Program-made: the position numbers and the translations under genes
Part shown: positions 17,310-24,669 of the stretch, piece after piece
Position numbering within the stretch: the first letter of the stretch is position 1
Layout of the letters: the number at the start of each line of letters is the position of its first letter
The notes under the pieces: model-generated
Seen by the model: the letters and a program-made list of their open reading frames with translations, nothing else
What the model was told of the DNA's origin: nothing
Databases searched by the model: none
From: a virus
Lineage: Duplodnaviria > Caudoviricetes
Virus record (IMG/VR): IMGVR_UViG_3300021437_000079
Coordinates: 1-24,903 of that record
DNA length: 24,903 bases
Reading direction: 5' to 3' (one strand)

Positions 17310-19000
17310 TGTATCAGATCGACATTGCGTCAGCTGTATCCGTTCGCCCAGGGGCTACCGCAACAGGTACCGCAGGATGGTTTACCGACGGTGATCCGCT
17401 CAATCCAGGGGGTGCCATCCCCGGAACCGTGCTACCTGCCGAATGGCTCAATATGGTTATGGCTGAGCTTGACGGTGTGGCATTGCTTCGGGGTGGATCG
17501 CTCGATAAAACCGTAAGCACGCAACTTGCGCAAAACTTGAACGGAACACGAGCGGTTGACGCGTACACAACGGATATGGGATCCACAACCCGCACAAGTT
17601 ACGCGGGGGGTGTGTTGATCGCGGTCAGCACTTCTAGGGTCAATGGGGCACATTCGGGGTGCGTTTGTATCGCTACAAGTGCTAGCTACAACCAAGGATC
17701 CGAGTCGATTCTAGGCGCGGGGGTTTCGCTTAGCAACTCAGGGCTGCATAACGTTGCCTTCGCAACGGACACTTTCACCATTACCGGGGATGAATGTGCA
17801 GCGATTGCATGTAACACGGGGGCAATGGGCGGAACCAATAACGCGCATATCGCGTCAACTGGGTGCGCTTCCGACAACTCTAGCAATCTAGCATTTTATC
17901 AGTTGTTTGCAGCTTCCGACGCTTGCACTTCAACGCAAATGCACACGGCTGCTATTGCGTCAAGCAACTGCACGCAAACGGTATCCGCCAAATCGATCGC
18001 GCTCGCTTCCGATGGTGTGGAGTTGCAAGCAGGGTATACGGGATCGCTCGCATGTAACGGGGGCAAGGTCGATAAGACTTGCAGTGCTGTTATTGCGTCA
18101 GCGGGGGGCGCTGCTCAAAGCGAAGTGCGCAAACCCGTATCCGCTGCAATCGCCACTTCAAACACTACGATCTCGCAAGGGGCTGCGGGGGGCAGTTCGG
18201 TTGCCCTTGCAGCCAAATATGTGGAGATCACGGGAGATTATATCGTTGCCGGTGGTAAGAAAACCGGGGTTACTTCACTTACACCGGGGGGTGTTAGCGA
18301 GCAAAATCAAACGTGGCGGATCAACGGAAACACGGGGGTGTTTTACGGCAACACGTTTGATACGGGAGGGGCTGACTACGCGGAATATTTCGAGAATCTG
18401 ACGATCGGTGTAATCCCGATCGGGGTTGCGATTGCGTTGGAAGGGGACAAGATCCGACCGGCAACGGAAGGGGACGTTACGCTCGGCATTGTCAGCAACA
18501 AACCTGGAGTAACGGGTAATACCGCTGCGCTCGATTGGGAGGGGCGCTGGTTGCGAGATGTTTGGGATAACGTGATCACGGATCCAACCCTTTGGATTGA
18601 GGTTGAAGGGCAGAAAATCGTTTCCGAACCTGATCCAGTTACGGGGGCTGTTACCGTCACTTGGGATCCCGGGTACGAGGGGCCATTCGATCGGTGTCCC
18701 GAGCACTTGCAGGGTAAGGCAGCTCCCCGAATGCTTGATATCCCCCGGGTAAATCCCGTGTGGGATCCGAGTCGTGTTTACGTGCCTAGAAGCGAGCGCC
18801 CTTCCGAATACACACGGGTTGCTTTGCTGGGGCAAGTGCGAGCACGGGTTGCCGGCAACGTGACCCCTGGGGCGTATTTGAAGCCTTCCCCGGGGGGCTT
18901 GTGCTTGTCGGGTAGCCCTACCAACCTGCGAGCGCTTCGGGAGTGTGGAACTGACGGGGTAAGCCCCGTTTGGTTGGTATACGTGACCCCCGCAGCCTGA
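17309..19000 (+). CDS. Tail fibre/spike with C-terminal Peptidase_G2-like autocleaving chaperone
   Basis: Mu-like fibre N-terminus (MYQID...GWFTDGDP...T.L.AEWLN.V..EL), Ser/Ala/Cys-rich repetitive middle, then GADYAEYFE, GIVS..P, NP.WDP...YVPRSERP.E...V.LLGQV. Confidence 0.88.
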   Translation: MYQIDIASAVSVRPGATATGTAGWFTDGDPLNPGGAIPGTVLPAEWLNMVMAELDGVALLRGGSLDKTVSTQLAQNLNGTRAVDAYTTDMGSTTRTSYAGGVLIAVSTSRVNGAHSGCVCIATSASYNQGSESILGAGVSLSNSGLHNVAFATDTFTITGDECAAIACNTGAMGGTNNAHIASTGCASDNSSNLAFYQLFAASDACTSTQMHTAAIASSNCTQTVSAKSIALASDGVELQAGYTGSLACNGGKVDKTCSAVIASAGGAAQSEVRKPVSAAIATSNTTISQGAAGGSSVALAAKYVEITGDYIVAGGKKTGVTSLTPGGVSEQNQTWRINGNTGVFYGNTFDTGGADYAEYFENLTIGVIPIGVAIALEGDKIRPATEGDVTLGIVSNKPGVTGNTAALDWEGRWLRDVWDNVITDPTLWIEVEGQKIVSEPDPVTGAVTVTWDPGYEGPFDRCPEHLQGKAAPRMLDIPRVNPVWDPSRVYVPRSERPSEYTRVALLGQVRARVAGNVTPGAYLKPSPGGLCLSGSPTNLRALRECGTDGVSPVWLVYVTPAA

Positions 19001-19027
19001 TAACATCCGGGGGGAGGACTGCCCCCC

Positions 19028-19621
19028 GTGATTACCGTTCAACCCCTCCCCTTTACGCGTTTAGCACTGATCCTGGGGGCAGTTGATCGGGGCACACGTA
19101 AGGCTGTATCCCGTGCGATCAACGAATCGCTGAAAAACGCGCGTTTGGACCTTCAAGCGGATTTGTCGGATTACTTCACGATCCGAAACAACCGCACGGC
19201 AAGGGGCTTTAGGATCGGTTTTGCTAGCCCGGAAGGATTGACGGGTTGGATCGGGCACCTTGATCGCTTTATGGACGCACAGACGTTCGGGGGGGTGAAA
19301 ACCCCAAAGGATGCCCCTGCGATCGGCGTCCCGCTCAGAGTACGTAAACCTAAATCGCTAATGACCCCCCCTAAGACTTGGCCCAAACGCTACTTGAAGC
19401 AAAAAGACGCCTTTATCGACAATGGCAAAACGCTTTACGCTCGGGACGGAACTAACAAGCGTGGCCCGCTTTTGCCAATGTGGAACCTGCTAAAGCGCGT
19501 TCGGATCAAGTCGCGTTGGCCAATGGAAAAGCTGGTAAAATCGTCAGTTAGCCGAACCTTTCCAGCGTTTCTCAAAACCGAAATGAAAGCCCTAGAAGGG
19601 GAAGCGAGCAAATCCAAATGA
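19028..19621 (+). CDS. Basic virion morphogenesis/tail completion protein (lambda gpZ-like)
   Basis: 197 aa, very Lys/Arg-rich, KAVSRAINE.L..AR N-terminal helix; GGAGGA SD with GTG start. Family call is tentative. Confidence 0.55.
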   Translation: MITVQPLPFTRLALILGAVDRGTRKAVSRAINESLKNARLDLQADLSDYFTIRNNRTARGFRIGFASPEGLTGWIGHLDRFMDAQTFGGVKTPKDAPAIGVPLRVRKPKSLMTPPKTWPKRYLKQKDAFIDNGKTLYARDGTNKRGPLLPMWNLLKRVRIKSRWPMEKLVKSSVSRTFPAFLKTEMKALEGEASKSK

Positions 19622-20553
19622 GTGCAGCTAACCCGTTGACGATCCGCGCCCAGTTGGTTCTTAGGGGTTTGGGATTTGATCCCGGACCGATTGACGGAAT
19701 CGAAGGGGATAAGACAACCGAAGCAAAACGGCTGTATCAAGTTGCTACGGGGGTGCCGTTCGGGTTGCGTTCCCACTTGGATAACCCGCGTGTTCGCTCG
19801 CTCAAACTAGGTGCTTGGGTTCGCCCCGGTACGTGGAGCAACGCGCAACCTAAACTGGATCTTGCACGCAAACTGGGCTTGACGTTGGCCCTAGTCGCCA
19901 ACGATTCCAGCAAAGGACAAGCGTTCACGCTCTATCCCGGTGTAGAAAAAGCGCTAGAAACCTTCCGGTCTGCGGGGGTTGCTACTGATCTACTCGCTTG
20001 GCTGGTACCTGGGGCAAAATACGCAAAGGATCTGCTATCTGGTATTTCACCGCTTCGATCGTTGTTCGGTGCGCTTCACTTGGATACCGAAGAACCATGG
20101 TTTAGCCGTAGGTTCACCGATACGCAACGATCGGAATCGTGGACTGCGCTCGCAACGGGTATCGTCAGTTACGCCCTTCGCATGCGAGCAACGTTGATCG
20201 CTGCAAGGGTGGGGGATGATGCGAGCGATCCGTTTTGGTCGCCAACATTGGACGCCCCGATCGTGCAAGCCTATAGCAGCAAGCCCCTAACAGCCGAGGG
20301 GGCTAGCGCCCCTGGGGCAGTGCAAAAATACGCCTATCAAGCGGTGGCACGATCTCGAAAAGGTCGCGTGTTTGCCCTGGGTATGCCGTCCTATGGGGCT
20401 ACGGATTACGATTCAAGCCGAGTGCAGTTGGAGCGGTCCGCGCTGTACTGTGGGGAATCGTGGGTTTGGGCTTACGGAACCATGACGGCTAAGAATCTGG
20501 GTGATTTCTGGATTGAGCTTGCCCAGGTACGGCAAGCGAAGGGGGTACTATGA
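19618..20553 (+). CDS. Putative endolysin: N-terminal peptidoglycan-binding domain plus glycoside-hydrolase-like domain
   Basis: AQLVLRGLGFDPGPIDGIEGDKTTEA...YQ matches the PG_binding_1 pattern. The C-terminal alternating beta/alpha region contains LHLDTEE; membrane protein genes follow. Confidence 0.72.
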   Translation: MSAANPLTIRAQLVLRGLGFDPGPIDGIEGDKTTEAKRLYQVATGVPFGLRSHLDNPRVRSLKLGAWVRPGTWSNAQPKLDLARKLGLTLALVANDSSKGQAFTLYPGVEKALETFRSAGVATDLLAWLVPGAKYAKDLLSGISPLRSLFGALHLDTEEPWFSRRFTDTQRSESWTALATGIVSYALRMRATLIAARVGDDASDPFWSPTLDAPIVQAYSSKPLTAEGASAPGAVQKYAYQAVARSRKGRVFALGMPSYGATDYDSSRVQLERSALYCGESWVWAYGTMTAKNLGDFWIELAQVRQAKGVL

Positions 20554-20726
20554 TCAGACGTTGGGTTACAGGGCTGATCTTTGCCCTGGGTTTGCTTTCG
20601 TGTGCTCCCGTGCTGCGCGCAAGTTGTGACGCTGCGGGGGGCCTTGTCGTGTCTTCTATGGGTAGCGAGATCACGCATATTCTACAGCGTGTTTGCTACG
20701 CAATCGCGGATCGGGTGGCTAACTGA
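20550..20726 (+). CDS. Small lipoprotein (58 aa), candidate spanin component; absent from the ORF track
   Basis: Hand translation: MIRRWVTGLIFALGLLS-CAPVLRASCDAAGGLVVSSMGSEITHILQRVCYAIADRVAN. Basic N-region, hydrophobic core, lipobox-like LLSC; AAGGGGG SD and ATGA overlap with the endolysin stop. Confidence 0.8.
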   Translation: MIRRWVTGLIFALGLLSCAPVLRASCDAAGGLVVSSMGSEITHILQRVCYAIADRVAN

Positions 20727-20727
20727 T

Positions 20728-20955
20728 ATGGGCGCTCTAATCACCGCGATGGAAAAGAAAGCCCCGATCTGGATTGCGATCGTGGGGGCGTTGTTGGGTG
20801 CCATGATTGCGGGGGGGAGTGCCCTGCTATCGTTCGGCGCAAAAATGGAAGTGCTCGCAAGGGTAGAGCGCAAACTTGACTTGATCGATCAACATGAAAC
20901 GCGGATTGCGGTAGCGGAAGCACGGATCACGCGATTGGAGGGGGCGTCAAAATGA
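20728..20955 (+). CDS. Single-TM coiled-coil membrane protein (75 aa), i-spanin-like or holin accessory
   Basis: KK followed by hydrophobic IWIAIVGALLGAMIAGGSALLSF, then heptad-like VERKLD...HETRIAVAEARITRLEG; ATG 20728 just after the lipoprotein stop. Confidence 0.7.
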   Translation: MGALITAMEKKAPIWIAIVGALLGAMIAGGSALLSFGAKMEVLARVERKLDLIDQHETRIAVAEARITRLEGASK

Positions 20956-21164
20956 ATCTGATTACGCGTGCTGACGGGAATCCTAGCCGAACGGTGCTAT
21001 TTCATATTGGGGTTGCGTTGCTACTTCACGCTCCCGTGATCGTCGCGTTCTTTACGGGGCTTGTCTCTTCTAACACTGCCCAATGGTTGCACGCTATCGG
21101 GGGTGCAGCACAAGCGATCGGTGGAATCATTCTGCGGGGTATGACGGAGCAACCGCTACGGTAG
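20952..21164 (+). CDS. Putative holin (two hydrophobic segments)
   Basis: 70 aa; SRTVLFHIGVALLL...IVAFF and AIGGAAQAIGGIILRGMT.QPL; last gene of the lysis cassette; GGAGG SD. Confidence 0.62.
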   Translation: MNLITRADGNPSRTVLFHIGVALLLHAPVIVAFFTGLVSSNTAQWLHAIGGAAQAIGGIILRGMTEQPLR

Positions 21165-21995
21165 CCCCCAGATCGCTATTAGTTCGTCAACCTCCCCACG
21201 GTTGCCCCCGTCACTGTTGATTGAGCGGCTAGCCTTGATCGTGGCGAAATGGGTAGCACCGTGGGAATGGTACAGTTGCCGAACTACGGGGAGATCGTGG
21301 TTTTGAACGATGCAACGTGCCCCCCGCTCGAATGCAGCTTGAACCGAACGGGCTAGCAAGCACTGATCCGACCATTCAAAGCCATCGGAAGTGTAAGCAG
21401 TGAACCCACCTTTATCGAGTGGAACGTAAGGCGGATCACAGTAGACGAAATCCCCCCGCGTTGCGTTGTCAATCGTGCTTGCGTAGGGCTTTGCCGTGTA
21501 GAAGGGGCTACTTACGATCGCGGTTTGTAACCTACGGTGGAGTGCCCACATTGCGTCACTAGGGTAGCTAGGATCCCGCTCGGCTTTGCCCCAGGGCACG
21601 TTATACCCCCCGTCAGCATTTACGCGGTACAACCCGTTATAACCGTGCTTGTTTAGGTAAAGGAACCAACCCGCAAGAGTTGCGGGGGGGTGCTGCTTAC
21701 CGTTGAACCCCGCACGGATCGCGTTGTAGTTTCCTTCGGTATTTTGCCCACAGTTGAACCAACTAGCCCCTATTCGGGGATCGGCTTGCACTTGGCGGTA
21801 GAAGTTGACTAGATCCAGGTTCGCATCGCTGACAACCGAAAACGGGGCTTGCACGTTTAGGAACACAGAACCCCCACCTAGAAACGGCTCAATATACCGT
21901 CCTTTGATCTCCCCGATTAGCGGGATCAGTGTCGGGAGTTGCCTAAACTTGCCCCCTGCCCACTTCAACGGGGGGCGTTGGTATTCAGTTAGCAT
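21156..21995 (-). CDS. dam: DNA adenine methyltransferase, Dam (D12 class) family, 279 aa
   Basis: PLKWAGGK, YIEPFLGGGSV (SAM binding), YNGLYRVN..G.YNVPWG recognition hairpin, catalytic DPPY. ATG at 21995 has a GGAG SD and overlaps the HD gene stop. Confidence 0.94.
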   Translation of the reverse strand: MLTEYQRPPLKWAGGKFRQLPTLIPLIGEIKGRYIEPFLGGGSVFLNVQAPFSVVSDANLDLVNFYRQVQADPRIGASWFNCGQNTEGNYNAIRAGFNGKQHPPATLAGWFLYLNKHGYNGLYRVNADGGYNVPWGKAERDPSYPSDAMWALHRRLQTAIVSSPFYTAKPYASTIDNATRGDFVYCDPPYVPLDKGGFTAYTSDGFEWSDQCLLARSVQAAFERGARCIVQNHDLPVVRQLYHSHGATHFATIKASRSINSDGGNRGEVDELIAIWGLP

Positions 21996-22696
21996 GATTG
22001 ATTGCTCCGAAAGTGTTTTACGTAGGCTGCGGCTACCTGGATCTCCACTTCTAGGGCTAGCGCAGTATCGTCTACACCCCCCCAATGACCGGGGGTTATC
22101 GTTTCGGTCATATAGTGCAAATGCTCGGGTTTCGCCTTTTGTCGCCACCATTCCGCCGATTTCACGAGATCCCGCGCTTCCGCGTATAGGATCGCATCAT
22201 CGGCTAGCTTTACGATTGATTCCGCTGACTCGTATTCCGCCCACGAAACCCCGCAAGCCTCAACAACCGACCGCGTTACCTTCATTTCAGCGACATCATA
22301 GGGGACTAGCTTACCGTCAAGCCCTTTCACAAAACAGTCGCCCTTGATCGGTCGGGGCATATCCGGGAACAAGTATTCCCCCGAATCGTGAAGTAACCCG
22401 CACAAGTGGGTAAGATCCACCCCCCACCTATTCAGCCCTTGATCAATGGCGATTTGCCGGCAAACCGCAGCCACTCGTAACGAGTGTTCCGCTACCGAAT
22501 ACAACCCACCTTGCGTAGCCCCTCGCCAACGCCAAGTAGTAGCTAGCGTCCTACACACGTCAGCCATATGCACGTCAGCGCGATCGGGATTTAGCGGAAA
22601 AGCCTTAGCCCCACTATGCATCGTTACATATGGACCCCTTTCGCGTTGCATAGGGGGCACCCAGACTAGCGTGATATTCGGGTTATATTTCATCAT
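21989..22696 (-). CDS. HD-domain phosphohydrolase (YfbR/YfdR-like 5'-deoxynucleotidase family)
   Basis: R..G....YSVAEHS, GLLHDSGE....DMPRPIK, VKLAD...L..EARDL motifs. Confidence 0.88.
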   Translation of the reverse strand: MMKYNPNITLVWVPPMQRERGPYVTMHSGAKAFPLNPDRADVHMADVCRTLATTWRWRGATQGGLYSVAEHSLRVAAVCRQIAIDQGLNRWGVDLTHLCGLLHDSGEYLFPDMPRPIKGDCFVKGLDGKLVPYDVAEMKVTRSVVEACGVSWAEYESAESIVKLADDAILYAEARDLVKSAEWWRQKAKPEHLHYMTETITPGHWGGVDDTALALEVEIQVAAAYVKHFRSNQSC

Positions 22697-24653
22697 GGAT
22701 CCACTTGACCTTTACACCGTCAACGACGGGTTTTGAGGGGACTAGCCGATCGTTGACTAGCACGGGTTCCGCGCCCTTGTGCCAACGTCTACAAGCGCTA
22801 GGTGTTACTTTTACGGGAACATCGGGGCAGAACTGAGCGAACGTGCTAACCATGATTTCCCGCACTAGGGGTGCACAGTCTGCTAGTTGTTGCTCCGGTA
22901 CCTCCAAAATGATTTCATCGTGGATCAGGCCAATAGGGTGGCTACTCCACAACGCGGAACGCGGGTCAGTATGGGCTAGATCGGAGCAACGGGTAAACGC
23001 TAGTTTCGTGATATCCGCCACCCGTTCCTGAAACTGGGTATTTAGCCAAGTGGTGTAACGCAACCCGCCTCTAACCCGCCCCGATCGCGGATTAGTGAGT
23101 TGCACACCGTACGGCCCCGAACGTCCCGAAGTGGCCCGTTTAGCATCGTTGAAGTAATAACGGGATTCGGGCCATGCGTTAGCCCACGCTGAGCAAACGC
23201 GCTGGGATTCGGTCAAATCGAACGCAGCAACCCACGCGGGAAACGTACCGTCAGCCTTACGTGTTTGCTTCCGAACGTGGTCAACGAACGTTTTTGCGCT
23301 CAATCCCCCCGGCAAACCGAAGTTGGCGATCTTGCTCAACTGACGATCGTCAGCCGTTGCGATATCCCCCGATTTATAAGCCTCCCGAGTGGCATCGTAC
23401 GAACGCCCCCGAAGTTGGGAAGCGGTGATTAGGTGAGGATCCTTGCCTTGTTTGAAGGCTTCCGCGAGTGCTGACGATCCATAACGCTCAAGCCATATTT
23501 GAGCGAGCGCAACTAACTCAGCGGCGGAATAGTCCGCGCACAAGTAGACGAAACCCGATCGGGGTACGTAGCAACGCCTAACCCCTTTTCGTCGGGGTTG
23601 GTTGGTTATGTTCGGTTCCCGACAACTGATCCTACCCGTTTCTTTGAGCACTTCCCAAGCGGGATGGATTGGGCCAGTTGTGCCAAGCTCCAACCAAGGG
23701 ATAAACGTGGATAGTTCGGTTTCGTCCAACCCAATCGACGCTAGCGCAGCAAGATCAGGATCCCCACAGTTGAAAAGGGTTTCAGTGTCGGTTTTGACTT
23801 GCCCTTGCGGAAACTTGCCGGTTGGCTCCGTTATCGGGGGGCGTTGCCCTTTGGCGTTGTACGCATGCACGATCCGATCGCGGATCACCTTAGTGCTTGC
23901 TTTGTACCCTGTGCCGTCTACCGATAGGATACCTGCTTGTGCTAACTGGTAACGAACGCCTTTTACGCGACGTTCTAGTTCCGTTTTCAGTTCGGCAACG
24001 GCAACGGGATCGGTGCGCCATCCCCAACACCCTGCTAGGTGTAGTGTCCAAGCGTGGAAACACTGGATCGGCGCATTCGGGCTACAGGTAGGGGCTAGCG
24101 CTTCCCATACCGCAGCGGTCGTAGTTGCATCTTTGATCGCATAGTCCCGAAACTCAGCGGGCCAACGACTTACGTCTAAGTGGGCAACTTCCGAGTAACG
24201 GTTACGAATATGATCCGCTCCCGACTTATCCCCTAGTTCAATCCCTGCATAGGTCAACGCAGCGTCAGCAAGCGATACTCCCGGTTTTCGGCGCAATATA
24301 GGGCAAAACTCTAACGTGTCGGTTTCGATCCTGCGGAGGGTTGCAACGACTCCCGTATCAACAACGCGCCCCGCACGGTATGCCCCCCAGATCCGTTGAT
24401 TTAGTTCGGCGGATATTTCGGGCCAGATCACGAGCGAAGTGGTGATCACGCAAGCGAAATCATAGGCAACGTTATGCCCCACGATTAGCAGGGCAGGATC
24501 CCGCAACTGGTACAACAGAAGGGCTAACCCCTCCCGTGCGTTTGTTAGCCCCGTGCGTTTTTCCGAATCCGCCCACGAAACGCAGATCAGTTGAGGGGCT
24601 TTGCAGCCCCTTCTAAATCGGTGTGTTTCGGTGTCAAACGCGAAATAACGCAC
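22683..24653 (-). CDS. polA: Family A DNA polymerase with 3'-5' exonuclease and no 5'-3' exonuclease domain
   Basis: ExoI FDTET, ExoII GHNVAYD, ExoIII YAIKD; TGRIS, motif A ADYSAAEL, motif B RQLSKIANFG, motif C IHDEI; AAGGA SD with GTG start. Confidence 0.95.
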   Translation of the reverse strand: MRYFAFDTETHRFRRGCKAPQLICVSWADSEKRTGLTNAREGLALLLYQLRDPALLIVGHNVAYDFACVITTSLVIWPEISAELNQRIWGAYRAGRVVDTGVVATLRRIETDTLEFCPILRRKPGVSLADAALTYAGIELGDKSGADHIRNRYSEVAHLDVSRWPAEFRDYAIKDATTTAAVWEALAPTCSPNAPIQCFHAWTLHLAGCWGWRTDPVAVAELKTELERRVKGVRYQLAQAGILSVDGTGYKASTKVIRDRIVHAYNAKGQRPPITEPTGKFPQGQVKTDTETLFNCGDPDLAALASIGLDETELSTFIPWLELGTTGPIHPAWEVLKETGRISCREPNITNQPRRKGVRRCYVPRSGFVYLCADYSAAELVALAQIWLERYGSSALAEAFKQGKDPHLITASQLRGRSYDATREAYKSGDIATADDRQLSKIANFGLPGGLSAKTFVDHVRKQTRKADGTFPAWVAAFDLTESQRVCSAWANAWPESRYYFNDAKRATSGRSGPYGVQLTNPRSGRVRGGLRYTTWLNTQFQERVADITKLAFTRCSDLAHTDPRSALWSSHPIGLIHDEIILEVPEQQLADCAPLVREIMVSTFAQFCPDVPVKVTPSACRRWHKGAEPVLVNDRLVPSKPVVDGVKVKWIHDEI

Positions 24654-24669
24654 GGGGGCAATCCTTTAC

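Noticed and set aside
20581-20727. TTG-started extension of the 20581-20955 ORF
   Set aside because: It overlaps the better-supported lipoprotein gene; ATG 20728 fits the operon packing.
21996-22151. 52-aa N-terminal extension of Dam in the ORF track
   Set aside because: It lies inside the HD gene; Dam homology starts at MLTEYQRPPLKWAGGK, which has its own GGAG SD.
21989-24653. Firm call of a Z-base (2-aminoadenine) genome
   Set aside because: No purZ in the window, and the HD protein resembles the common YfdR-like phage family; kept only as a hypothesis in the findings.
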